Positions 39,169 to 48,673 of a DNA stretch of 64,000 bases are shown one piece after another (positions within the stretch are counted from its first letter, which is position 1; every line of letters begins with the position of its first letter). A program made the translations under genes and the position numbers. Source of the DNA: Candidatus Latescibacterota bacterium (lineage in GTDB: Bacteria > Latescibacterota > UBA2968); the NCBI GenBank assembly GCA_965204745.1, contig OZ242010.1, positions 2,560,001 to 2,624,000 on the forward strand, given 5' to 3'. The notes beneath the pieces were generated by a model. The model was not told the origin of the DNA and made no database searches. It saw nothing but the letters and a program-made list of their open reading frames with translations.

Positions 39169-40881
39169 ATGTTAGATACGTTTTCAAGCGACATAACCGC
39201 CCATGCGAATAAGTTGCGCTGCGCCGCGGTCTTTGCGTTTATGGATCTCGACTATATCCAAACAGTGGTCAAACGCGCGGTTCTTTCACACAAGAAGGCG
39301 GCGAAAGAAGCGCGAGAGATGTTCGAGTCCGCAGTGAACAAACCTGGGTTGGTGAAAGTGTCCCGGTTTCCCAATCAGCCCTCAAAGGCGCCGCCGCCCT
39401 TTCTCGTAGAGCCGGTTTTGAAAGCCGTGATGCGGTCGGACAAGTTGGCGGGCGCGATTCTGAAAATCTGGGCAGAGTCCCACGAGGCACTCAACGAAGT
39501 GGTCGTGAAGCATCTGGGCAATTTGGCCATGCCGGCCGAGTATCCGGATTTTTCAGAGTTTCGATTTCGAAGTGCGTGGTTTAGCGATGCGTGGACGCGC
39601 GAGCGGGATAGTATTCTCGAGCAACACAGCGAGTTTAACAAAGACGATGTGGCCCTGATGCTGTGCTATGTGTCGGGCAAAATCCCCGGGCCTCGGGAAA
39701 GCGCGAAAAACGACGCGCTGTCTCGGTGTCTCAAATACATGCGGGCACTGCCGGCCAATGCGCCGGAATGGGAACGGGGGATTTCGGATTTTGTTGCAGA
39801 ACTCGAAGCCATCCGGAAGGTGAAATCAACGCAGCGCAGTCAAGCATCTGGTATTGACGTTGCGATTGGCGAGATCAAGGATGTGTTTTCGGGAACCTTG
39901 ACCTTTTTTCAGCGGGATGCCACGTCTTGGTCCGTGGCGCATCTGGATCCGGACGTGGACTTGGCTGACGCGCTGAAAGAGATAGAGAATTTGCAGTCGT
40001 TGCTGACCGAGTATCAACCCATTGCCGATATGGCTGCGATTTTGACCGAAGAGCGGGTGAGACGGCAGAAGCGGGTGGGGTTGGAGAATCGCATTTTGCC
40101 GGTTATGGATCGCATAGACGAACTGATGTGCGGGGATCCCGAGTCCGGGGAGGCCCTGCTGGCAGAATTGCGAGAGAGAAAAGAACAACCGGCAGCGGAT
40201 GAGAAGCGCGCTGATCAGCCGGATGACGACCCAGTTCCTGAACAGCCGGAGGAGAGCCGCAGGTTTTCGGATGAGGATTACGAGTCGTTGCAATCGGAAA
40301 ACCAACACCTCGGTCGCGAGGTCAAGTCGTTGCACGACAAGTTGCGCGAGGTTCAAAATGAGATGGAGAGTTGGCGCGTGGCCTATATTGAGGCGGCGAG
40401 CAAGGCGCCGGCAAGTGCAGACGAAGAAGAAACCCTGCCCATTGAGAACGTGCATGACGCTGTCGAACTCGCCAAAGAAAAGTACGGAGACGCGCTTTTG
40501 TTCCAACTCAATGCGAAGTCGCGGGTCGAAGACAATCCGTTCAGGCATCCCAAAGCCGTGTGGGACGCGCTGACCTGGCTGGCGACCACGTATTACGAGT
40601 ACCGCAAGGGCGAGCGCGAGTTGCCGAACATCGACCAGTCCGTGCGCGAAGCCTGTAGGTGGTGGTACAGAGGCCACCAGAGCAATATGACGATGAACAA
40701 GTACAAAGACTGGTACACCACCAAAGTCAATGGGCAGATTTGCTGGCTGCATACGCACATCGGCACGGGGCGCAACAAAAATGCGCGCTTCACCATTCGG
40801 ATCGGCTTTGACTGGGACAAGGACAGCGACCGCGTGATCGTGGGCTTCATCGGTCAACACCAACAGACGGATGCGACATGA
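39169..40881 (+). CDS. Hypothetical protein, helical/coiled-coil with putative C-terminal RelE-like nuclease domain
   Basis: AAGGAG RBS, 570-aa ORF, coiled coil near aa 370-410, C-terminal HIGTG..FTIRIGFDWD..VIVGFIGQH; function inferred. Confidence 0.7.
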   Translation: MLDTFSSDITAHANKLRCAAVFAFMDLDYIQTVVKRAVLSHKKAAKEAREMFESAVNKPGLVKVSRFPNQPSKAPPPFLVEPVLKAVMRSDKLAGAILKIWAESHEALNEVVVKHLGNLAMPAEYPDFSEFRFRSAWFSDAWTRERDSILEQHSEFNKDDVALMLCYVSGKIPGPRESAKNDALSRCLKYMRALPANAPEWERGISDFVAELEAIRKVKSTQRSQASGIDVAIGEIKDVFSGTLTFFQRDATSWSVAHLDPDVDLADALKEIENLQSLLTEYQPIADMAAILTEERVRRQKRVGLENRILPVMDRIDELMCGDPESGEALLAELRERKEQPAADEKRADQPDDDPVPEQPEESRRFSDEDYESLQSENQHLGREVKSLHDKLREVQNEMESWRVAYIEAASKAPASADEEETLPIENVHDAVELAKEKYGDALLFQLNAKSRVEDNPFRHPKAVWDALTWLATTYYEYRKGERELPNIDQSVREACRWWYRGHQSNMTMNKYKDWYTTKVNGQICWLHTHIGTGRNKNARFTIRIGFDWDKDSDRVIVGFIGQHQQTDAT

Positions 40882-40893
40882 GGAAGGAAGAGG

Positions 40894-40960
40894 GGAGAGG
40901 CAAGAGGCAAGACGTAAGAGGCAAGAGGCAAGAGGCAAGAGGTAAGAGGCAAGAGGTAAG
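40894..40960 (+). repeat. Heptamer array (GAGGCAA/GAGGTAA)n, insertion site of IS110
   Basis: Direct reading; inverted related units (GTCTTGCCTCT) lie beyond the other IS end at 42257-42340 in a 43-bp tandem duplication. Confidence 0.9.
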
Positions 40961-40976
40961 ATACTCTCTTAAAAGG

Positions 40977-41984
40977 TCAAGGGGTTTTCGGGGTGATTCG
41001 ATAGAATTTTTCGCCCTCAAAATCTTGGTCATGGCGCAACATGCCCCAGATCGAATGGAGCAACTTTCGCATCACCGCAACGATAGCCTGCAAAGGTTTC
41101 TTGCCGCGGGCGATGAGTTGGTCATAGAAGGCTTTGACATGGCCTTCGTGTCTGATGGCCACCCAGGCAGGCATATAGAGGGCATGGCGGAGGTACTTAT
41201 TCCCGGTTTTCGAGATGCGTCTTTGTGGATTGGCGGTTCCGGATTGTTTGGGTTTGGGATCCAGGCCTGCATGTGCGACCCACTGGGGCGGTTGCATCTC
41301 CTCTGGCAAAAGGGTCAACTCGGCCAAGAGCCGCAAGGCACTCGTTTGCGCGATGCCAGGCGTCGAGCAGAGGCGTTGGTAGGCACGCTTGAGGGGCTCA
41401 TCGTGCAAAACGAGATCGAGGGCTTGGCTTTCCAAGTATGCAATCCGGCGTTTGAAGTGTCGAATATTCACCTGAATATCGCGTGCGATGAGACGTGTGC
41501 TGCGGATGTGGTAGCTCTGCGCGTGGTTGCGGCTCTGTTCGCGGATGATCTCCTGCTTGAGTTGGTCAATGCGTCTGGTGAGGGCTTGCAGTTGAAGCCG
41601 TTGCTCGCTCGGCGCTTGCCAAGGCACAAAAGGCATGCGCTCGGCATAGTCGAGGATCAACAACGCATCCTTCGCATCCGTCTTCGCCCGTTGCATGCAG
41701 GCTTGGGCGTACTTGCTCATCGCTTTGGGATTGACGACCATGACCTTTGTGTGGCGATGCCGATGCAAGGCCAAGGCCACCCCCAAACTGTAAAGCCCGG
41801 TCGCTTCGAGGCACACAGAGACCATGTGCCCGCCCTTCGTGAGCCACTTCAGCAACCGCTTATGCGCTTGGGGATCATTGGCAAAGGTCGCTTGCATGAC
41901 AGCTTGTCCGGGTCTGGACAGGGCAACGGACAACGTGCGGGCACTGACATCAATGCCGGCAAAAGCGGGGTGAGATTTCGACAT
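40977..41984 (-). CDS. IS110-family DEDD recombinase/transposase
   Basis: CAGGAGG RBS; AGIDVS, CLEATG, KTDAKDA (DEDD), PGIA, AGLDP..QSG (catalytic Ser), ISKTGNKYLR, AVMRKL. Confidence 0.96.
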   Translation of the reverse strand: MSKSHPAFAGIDVSARTLSVALSRPGQAVMQATFANDPQAHKRLLKWLTKGGHMVSVCLEATGLYSLGVALALHRHRHTKVMVVNPKAMSKYAQACMQRAKTDAKDALLILDYAERMPFVPWQAPSEQRLQLQALTRRIDQLKQEIIREQSRNHAQSYHIRSTRLIARDIQVNIRHFKRRIAYLESQALDLVLHDEPLKRAYQRLCSTPGIAQTSALRLLAELTLLPEEMQPPQWVAHAGLDPKPKQSGTANPQRRISKTGNKYLRHALYMPAWVAIRHEGHVKAFYDQLIARGKKPLQAIVAVMRKLLHSIWGMLRHDQDFEGEKFYRITPKTP

Positions 41985-42054
41985 GGGGGCCTCCTGTGAT
42001 GAGGGGGTTGTAAGGGATCTGGTGCGCGCTCGGGGTCGCGTCCCGACCATTGAC

Positions 42055-42235
42055 GCCAAGTCTACCGGTCTTGTATATGCAGCCTCAAGGGGCTTAGATA
42101 CTCTTCGGCATAGACCCGGCGGTCGGGGGGCCTATCTTACCTACAAGGTCATCGCCTTCAAGAGGGGCCGGCCTTCCCCGAGCCGGGCATCAAGATGGCT
42201 TATCTCGATACGAGGGCGCAACTCCTAATTAACCC
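42055..42235 (-). ncRNA. Putative bridge RNA of IS110 (ends approximate)
   Basis: Two internal loops whose strands match the reconstructed target (CCCCTCT at 42161-42167, AGGTAAG at 42136-42142) and donor (AGAGTATCT at 42096-42104, ATACAAG at 42070-42076). Confidence 0.85.
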
Positions 42236-42700
42236 TTACTTCCAAGATACAAGAGGGGTGGCCTTCTCACGTCTTGCCTCTACCTTCTTACCTTTTTAAG
42301 GTGGCCTTCTCACGTCTTGCCTCTACCTTCTCACCTTTTTGGGTGTAGGGGCGTTGCCCCGTGCCTGCCCAAAGGCATGGGCTGACCTGCTGTTGGTCAG
42401 TATGCTTGTTGTTCAGCATCCAAGGAGTAAAAGCGAGAGGCGAGAGGGCCATTACGGTCTTCTCGCCTTTTGCGTACTGAATAAAGTCATTTCAGTTTTT
42501 GAAGGGCTTTTGCACAGGTTTATTTTTTTTGGTCGCGTTGCGTGGGTTGCAGAGTTCAATACCCACTGGGGTAAATGTCGCCATCCATGCTTGCTCGATC
42601 TCAGGATCTTTTGTGGGCCACTTTTCGATAAAAATGACCCACAACGAATTTTGTGGGACATAAATGTCCAACAAAACCCGCGCTGATGTGTAAATCAGCA

Positions 42701-43174
42701 TCAAAACACCTCGTGTCCCTCCACGACATTGACGAGTTCAAAGAACGCCAGAACGTTTGATCTCCGGCCGCTTCCGCGAAAAATTACCCGCAGAACATCT
42801 CCTTTGCACAAGGCGTCCAGAATCCGGCGTGCTGTCTTTGCCGGAATGCCCGCTTCGGCAACAAAGAGCGAACTCGAAAAGACCGGACGCTCAAATTGAA
42901 TGTCGTCGCGGCGTTCGGGCGACGCCATCTCTCGTCCCGCCTCAAATTCCAACACCTCGCCCATCGTGGCTTGCGTGCCTTCAATGCGCGAGGACAGCAC
43001 GGCCTCTCGAGTCGTGAGCGGCGAGCGTAAAACGCCGGGGTTCGGGATGGCAGAAAGCATGCCGTCGTAACGCGCCACCGCCCCGGCCGCCGGGCCGATC
43101 AGTAGAATCAGCACTTGCCAGTCAAGGTTTGCGGGGGGAAACTGCCCCGCGTGGTAATGGATTGCTACCATCAT
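42701..43174 (-). pseudogene. Internally deleted Fic-family gene
   Basis: Fic N-terminus (AVARYDG..EAVLSSRIEGTQAT) joined directly to a C-terminal wHTH; HPFxDGNGR catalytic core absent. Confidence 0.75.
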
Positions 43175-43424
43175 CGCGCCCTTCGGACAATGCGAACTGA
43201 CCGATGAGTTATTCTGCAAATCGAGTTATCTTTCAAAGTTCGGGTTTCATCATACTCAGGGTTTGCCATTTCTTCAAGGACTTTTTTGATTTTCGCCCCA
43301 GCTTGATCGCCATGCATGTTTTGGCATTGCAACGCATTTGGGTTTGTCTTATTATTTTGACGACTTCGCCTCCCGTCCGCATTAGGGGTAGATATTTGCA
43401 CGATACAACTGTGGAGTTGAGAAA

Positions 43425-44822
43425 ATGAAAATACGAATAAAAAACCTCGGAATCTTAAAGCAGGCTGAATTTTCGCTGGGCGATTTGACCATCATCTGCG
43501 GCGAAAATAACACCGGCAAAACGTATATGGCTTACGCGCTGTATGATTTCTTACGGTCTTGGCACGAATTTATCCCTGTTCCGGTAAGCGATGCCCAGAT
43601 CCAAAATTTGATTGCAGACGGTGTCCTCAATATCGGATTAAAACAATATGTCAAAAAAGCCGATCAGATGCTCGCGGCGGCATGCGGGAAGTACAAGGAT
43701 AAACTGGACGCTGTTTTTGCAGCACCCGAAGGCAGGTTTGATAACAGTGAATTTCAAATTCAGGTAAAAATTCCCGATGATATTTTACAAAAAGAAATAA
43801 CAGGAAACACGCCGTTCATTACCTTTTTAAAGAGAAAAGGGTATGAAGAATTGATGGTTACTTTAGAAGAAAAAAAACAAGAAAAAAATAGGGATTCCTT
43901 TATTCAGAGCATTCAAAAAGCCGCATATATAGAAAGGTTCATTGGTTTGATTATCAGTAGGGTTATTTTTGGTGATTCCTTTCCCCGGCCCTTTATCGCT
44001 TCAGCCGAGCGCACTGGCGTAGCTATTTTTCGCAAAGAATTGAATTTTGCCCGCAACCGCCTGCTTGACGAAATAGCCCAAGCAGAAAAAAAAATTGATC
44101 CGAGACAGTTGCTATTCAAAGAGTACCAAAATTACCCTTCGCCAATAGAAGCCACTGTGGAATTTACGCGCCAACTTGAAGATGTTGCAAAAAGAAAAAG
44201 CTTTATCACGAAAGAACACCCGGAAGTGTTGGAAGACTTGGCCGATATTATAGGTGGGGATTACAGTCTGCTACAAAATGACCGACTCTACTATAAACCC
44301 AAAGGGACGCGGGTTTGGTTGACGATGGTCGAGAGTTCTAGTGCGGTGCGTTCATTGCTGGATATGGGGGTTTATCTGCGCCATGTCGCTCAAAAGGGGG
44401 ACCTGTTGATGGTAGATGAGCCGGAGTTAAACCTTCATCCAGAAAACCAACGCCGCATTGCCAGGCTGTTTGCGCGGCTGGTAAATGTGGGGGTAAAGGT
44501 CTTTATCACCACCCACAGCGATTACATCGTCAAAGAACTGAATACCCTCATCATGCTCAATCACGACAAGCCACACCTAAAAAGAATTGCCGAAGAAAAC
44601 GGCTATCGGGATGTCGAATTGCTCAGGCCAGATCAGATCAAAGTATATACGGCTCAAGAGGCGTTGATGCCCTTAGAAGAAGGGCAAAAGAGACGCCGCA
44701 GAGGTCACACACTCGTGGCGGCTGAAATTGACCCCGAACTCGGCATTGAGGCCCCTAGCTTTGACGAGACGATTAATGACATGAACAGGATTCAGGAAGA
44801 CATTATTTGGGGAGCGGAGTAA
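43425..44822 (+). CDS. ABC-type ATPase (AAA_15/AAA_21-like)
   Basis: IKNLG, Walker A GENNTGKT, AERTG, SSSAVRS signature, LMVDEPELNLHP, ITTHS; AT-richer than flanks. Confidence 0.9.
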   Translation: MKIRIKNLGILKQAEFSLGDLTIICGENNTGKTYMAYALYDFLRSWHEFIPVPVSDAQIQNLIADGVLNIGLKQYVKKADQMLAAACGKYKDKLDAVFAAPEGRFDNSEFQIQVKIPDDILQKEITGNTPFITFLKRKGYEELMVTLEEKKQEKNRDSFIQSIQKAAYIERFIGLIISRVIFGDSFPRPFIASAERTGVAIFRKELNFARNRLLDEIAQAEKKIDPRQLLFKEYQNYPSPIEATVEFTRQLEDVAKRKSFITKEHPEVLEDLADIIGGDYSLLQNDRLYYKPKGTRVWLTMVESSSAVRSLLDMGVYLRHVAQKGDLLMVDEPELNLHPENQRRIARLFARLVNVGVKVFITTHSDYIVKELNTLIMLNHDKPHLKRIAEENGYRDVELLRPDQIKVYTAQEALMPLEEGQKRRRRGHTLVAAEIDPELGIEAPSFDETINDMNRIQEDIIWGAE

Positions 44823-44827
44823 GCGGC

Positions 44828-45379
44828 ATGGAAGATATTGAAATATTGCGAGAAATGCTCATCGCCGATGTTCGAGTTCCGCTACAACCGAGGCAGGGTA
44901 GGCCGGCTGTTGAACTTACAGATGAACAGAGCAAAACAATTGTGGAAATAAAAGGGCTACCTCATGACTCTGTTGTTATCAAAGCGGAGGCTTTTGAAGG
45001 CCCTCTGAACATCTTTCGAGGTTCAAAAATGGAACGCAGGCGGGCTGATTTTGTGATTGTATCCAATGAGGATACAAAGAAGTGGATTGTCTGCATTGAA
45101 ATCCAAGCGGGGAATAGCAAAAAGGCAACGCACATTAAAGCGCAATTAAAAGGCGCGCAATGCTTTATGGGTTACTGCAAATGTATCGGAAGGTCATTTT
45201 GGGAATCGAAAAATTTTCTCGACAACTACCAATACCGGTTCGTGTGCATGGCAAATATCAACCAGGACAAAAGACCGACACGTCCCAATAGGCAACCATT
45301 ACACGACAGCCCCGAGAAGTTTCTGAAACTTCCTGGCAACGCTCACCATTTTAATAAATTGATCTGGCGAGAATCTTGA
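44828..45379 (+). CDS. Putative PD-(D/E)xK-fold nuclease, partner of the ATPase
   Basis: RRADFVIV...CIEIQ...QLKGA pattern; 5 bp downstream of ATPase stop. Confidence 0.65.
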   Translation: MEDIEILREMLIADVRVPLQPRQGRPAVELTDEQSKTIVEIKGLPHDSVVIKAEAFEGPLNIFRGSKMERRRADFVIVSNEDTKKWIVCIEIQAGNSKKATHIKAQLKGAQCFMGYCKCIGRSFWESKNFLDNYQYRFVCMANINQDKRPTRPNRQPLHDSPEKFLKLPGNAHHFNKLIWRES

Positions 45380-45401
45380 TGGCCCTGCCTCAAAGGAGTC
45401 A

Positions 45402-46521
45402 ATGACCATGACATTACAAGCGGGAATCGTTGGGTGCGGGAACATCAGCCGAAGCCATGCAGCAGCTTATACAGGCTTGAACGATGTGGCCCTCGTCGCG
45501 ATGTGCGATGTGGATGTCGAGGCATGCAAGACGCGCGGAGACGAACATGGCGTGCGTGCATGCTACGCGGATTACGAGGAGATGTTTGCGGCGGAAAATT
45601 TGGATCTCGTCAGCATTTGCACCCACGCGCCCCTGCACGCGCCCATTGCCATGGCCGCTGCAAAAGCCGGCGTTCACGTTCTGTGTGAAAAGCCCTTGTC
45701 CATTGATCTGCAAAGTGCCGATGCCATGATCGCGGCCTGTCGCGAGGCCGAGGTGCGACTGGCCGTGAGTCACCAATATCGGTTTAGCCCGCTGTATCGG
45801 CGCGCCAAGGCCTGGATCGCATCAGGGCGGATCGGCCAGTTGCGCGCCATCCGCGAGATCGGCAAGGGCCGCGAGGCGGGTTTCGAGTTGATGGAAATGG
45901 GGGTTCACTACTTCGACGAGATGGATTTTTTTATGGAGGGCATTGCGTGGGTTCACGCGCAAATCACCTATCGGGGCCGTGAAGCCGGCGTTGAAGACAT
46001 CATGCACAGCAGCGAATTGTGCAAGACAGACCGGCGCGACAATGGCATGGTCGCCGGCGACGCGATGATGATCCATGTAGGCGGACGGGATGGGACTTCG
46101 GGGATGGTCGAACTCTACCGCCGCACGTCTCGAGCAGGGTGGCTGGCAGGCCCCCACATTTTAGGGGATGAGGGGCAGATGATGATCAAACCCAATCCCA
46201 CGAGCGGCAGGGTCGAAATGTGGTATTGCCCCTTTGACGTGTCATTCGCGGCCCACACGCCGCAATGGGAGCAGGTGGAACTAGAAGCGGAAGCCTTTGT
46301 CATTGATGGCAAGGCATGGCCTGCCCTGCATTCGATCTGGAGCGTGCGAGATATGGTACGCGCCATCCGAGAAGGCCGGCAACCCGAACGAACTCGGCGG
46401 CGCGAAAGCATGCGTGTCCTTGGCGTGCGTCAGTGCGGTGTACGAGTCGCACTTCACCGGCAGGCGAGCCTATTTGCCGCTGCGAGACCGCAGCCATCCG
46501 CTCGTCGCACGGCTGCGATGA
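45402..46521 (+). pseudogene. Gfo/Idh/MocA oxidoreductase with frameshift near 3' end
   Basis: GIVGCGNIS, HVLCEKP; CGAA duplication at 46385-46392 shifts the frame, natural tail (LGGAKACVSL..AVYESHFTGRRAYLPL) continues in another frame to TGA 46521. Confidence 0.8.
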
Positions 46522-46536
46522 GGAAAGCCGCAAGAC

Positions 46537-48192
46537 TCATAGCAAGCACACCTTGGCTTGTAATTCATCCACGAGGACTTTTTGGTTCTCCGAATAATCC
46601 ACGGGGATGTCGACGACATGCACGCCGCCGGTGGCGTAGCACTGGGTCAGCAGGGGGGCGATCATTTCCGTGGCGGTTACGCGGTGCCCGTGCGCGCCGT
46701 AGCTCTTGGCGTAGGTGACGAAATCCGGGTTGCCAAATTCCAGACCAAAATCCGGAAGCCCCATGTCGTATTGTTTCCAGCGAATCATGCCGTACGCATC
46801 GTCTCTTAAAATCAGGACGACGAGGTCGAGGTCGAGGCGGACAGCGGTTTCCAACTCTTGGCTGTTCATCATAAACCCCCCGTCGCCGCAAATCGCCATC
46901 ACCCGTCGGTGGGGATAAAACCGCGTGGCCTCAATGGCCGAGGGCAATCCCGCGCCCATCGTCGCCAAGGCATTGTCTAACAGCACGGTATTGGGTTGCG
47001 TGGTGGGGTAGTTGCGCGCAAACCAGATTTTGTACACGCCGTTGTCCAGCGCGATGATGCCGTCTTCGGGCATGGCTTTTCGCACGTCCCAAACCAAGCG
47101 TTGGGGCTTGACCGGAAAGCCGTTGTCGTCTTCGCCGATGTGAATGTGTTCTTGGATTTGTTCGCGGATACGCATGTAATAGTCAAAATCGTGCGCCTCG
47201 GTTTTGCCGGCTCTGTCGGCGAGGCGGCGCATCGTGTTGGCAATGTCGCCCACCACTTCCAGTTGTGGAAAATACACATTGTCCACCACCGCGGATTTGA
47301 AGTTGATGTGGATCACGCGGGTTGCCCCCTCATCGTGCGACATGAAAAAGGGCGGCTTTTCCACCACGTCGTGCCCGACATTGAGGATCAGATCTGCGCG
47401 GTCAATGGCGCAGTGGAGATAGTCGCCATCGGACAATGCCGCCGTGCCCAAATACAGGGGATGGCGGTCGCCCACAACGCCCTTGCCGAGTTGGGTATTG
47501 AAAAAGGGAATGCCGGTTTTGTCGAGAAAGCGCGCGATGGATTCCCAGATGCGCTTGCGATTGGTGCCCGCGCCCAAGAGCATCAAGGGCCGCACGGCGT
47601 CTTTGATCATGTCCACGGCATTGTCAATGGCGCGGTCATTGGCGTCCCCGCGCAAGCAAGTGCTGATGTTGAAGATCGGCGTGGTGTGTTCGTCGACGGG
47701 CTCTAACGCCACATCTTCCGGCAATTCCAGATGCACGGCCCCCGGGCGTTCTTCTTGTGCGAGCCGAAATGCCTCCCGCACTATCGAGGGGATCATGCCC
47801 ACATTGACAATTTGCCGGGTGTACTTGGTCAGGGGTTCCATCATCCGCACCACGTCGATGATCTGAAATTGGCCTTGCTTGCTCTTTTTGATCGGCTTTT
47901 GGCCCGTGATCATGAGCAAGGGCATGCCGCCCAACTGGGCATAGGCCGCGCCGGTCACAAAATTGGTCGCGCCGGGCCCGAGGGTGGCAAGGCAAACGCC
48001 GGCCTTCCCGGTCAGACGCCCATAAGTCGCCGCCATAAACGCCGCGCCCTGTTCGTGCCGCGTCAAAATGAGTTGGATGCGCGATTTGCGAAGGGCCTCG
48101 AGAAAAGCGAGATTTTCTTCGCCCGGCACCCCGTAAATATGCGTCACGCCTTCGTTTTCCAATGCTTTGACAAACAAATCCGAAGCGTTCAT
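46537..48192 (-). CDS. ilvB: Acetolactate synthase large subunit (ThDP enzyme)
   Basis: GVPGEEN, RHEQGAAFMA, TLGPGATN, GDGGFMMN ThDP motif; no small subunit adjacent. Confidence 0.9.
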   Translation of the reverse strand: MNASDLFVKALENEGVTHIYGVPGEENLAFLEALRKSRIQLILTRHEQGAAFMAATYGRLTGKAGVCLATLGPGATNFVTGAAYAQLGGMPLLMITGQKPIKKSKQGQFQIIDVVRMMEPLTKYTRQIVNVGMIPSIVREAFRLAQEERPGAVHLELPEDVALEPVDEHTTPIFNISTCLRGDANDRAIDNAVDMIKDAVRPLMLLGAGTNRKRIWESIARFLDKTGIPFFNTQLGKGVVGDRHPLYLGTAALSDGDYLHCAIDRADLILNVGHDVVEKPPFFMSHDEGATRVIHINFKSAVVDNVYFPQLEVVGDIANTMRRLADRAGKTEAHDFDYYMRIREQIQEHIHIGEDDNGFPVKPQRLVWDVRKAMPEDGIIALDNGVYKIWFARNYPTTQPNTVLLDNALATMGAGLPSAIEATRFYPHRRVMAICGDGGFMMNSQELETAVRLDLDLVVLILRDDAYGMIRWKQYDMGLPDFGLEFGNPDFVTYAKSYGAHGHRVTATEMIAPLLTQCYATGGVHVVDIPVDYSENQKVLVDELQAKVCLL

Positions 48193-48576
48193 AAGTTCCC
48201 CTTTGCGTTATGGCTTCACCGCCACCGCCGCACAGAGTTTGTGGTCGTGCGGTTGTATATTATCACAAATTTCCAAATATACGGAAAACTTTGAAAAAAA
48301 TTAGGGAATTATATACTTAACGAAACGAGGATATGTTGTTATATTCCTCTAAGCAACTGGTTAAAGGGGAAGCAAAGGGCATTGGGTTGATCCAAGTATA
48401 TAATCCCCTATTTTTATTTTTCAAAAAATTATTTTGGAATTATCGGGACCTACCCCCTAACTTAGTTATCCGCTCCGCTATGCTCGGGGTATATGAGGTT
48501 TAACCTGCGAAAAGCGAATGCTTTTGTGACTATTCAAGTTATCTCAGTACGTCGGGTTTTGGGGCTGTTGTGCGGA

Positions 48577-48656
48577 CTGGACTGACTGACACTGACCACT
48601 GACTACTGACTACTGACCACTGACCACTGACTACTGACCACTGACCACTGACCACC
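48577..48656 (+). repeat. Heptamer array (CTGACYA)n
   Basis: Direct reading; opposite-orientation arrays at 49939-49979, 53055-53180, 62156-62226. Confidence 0.9.
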
Positions 48657-48673
48657 AATACGGAGATATCCAA

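Larger units (their letters stand above)
40959..42253 (-). mobile_element. Complete IS110-family element (IS621-like), CT cores at both junctions
   Basis: Minus strand: CACCCCT-CT-TGTATCTT...AGAGTAT-CT-TACCT; long non-coding left end, short right end, no TIR or TSD. Confidence 0.9.

Noticed and set aside
40878-41999. 373-aa plus-strand ORF
   Set aside because: Antisense to the IS110 recombinase; N-terminus is translated heptamer repeat.
38922-45400. Integrated prophage or ICE at tRNA-Pro
   Set aside because: No integrase, phage or conjugation genes, and no duplicated tRNA 3' end seen.
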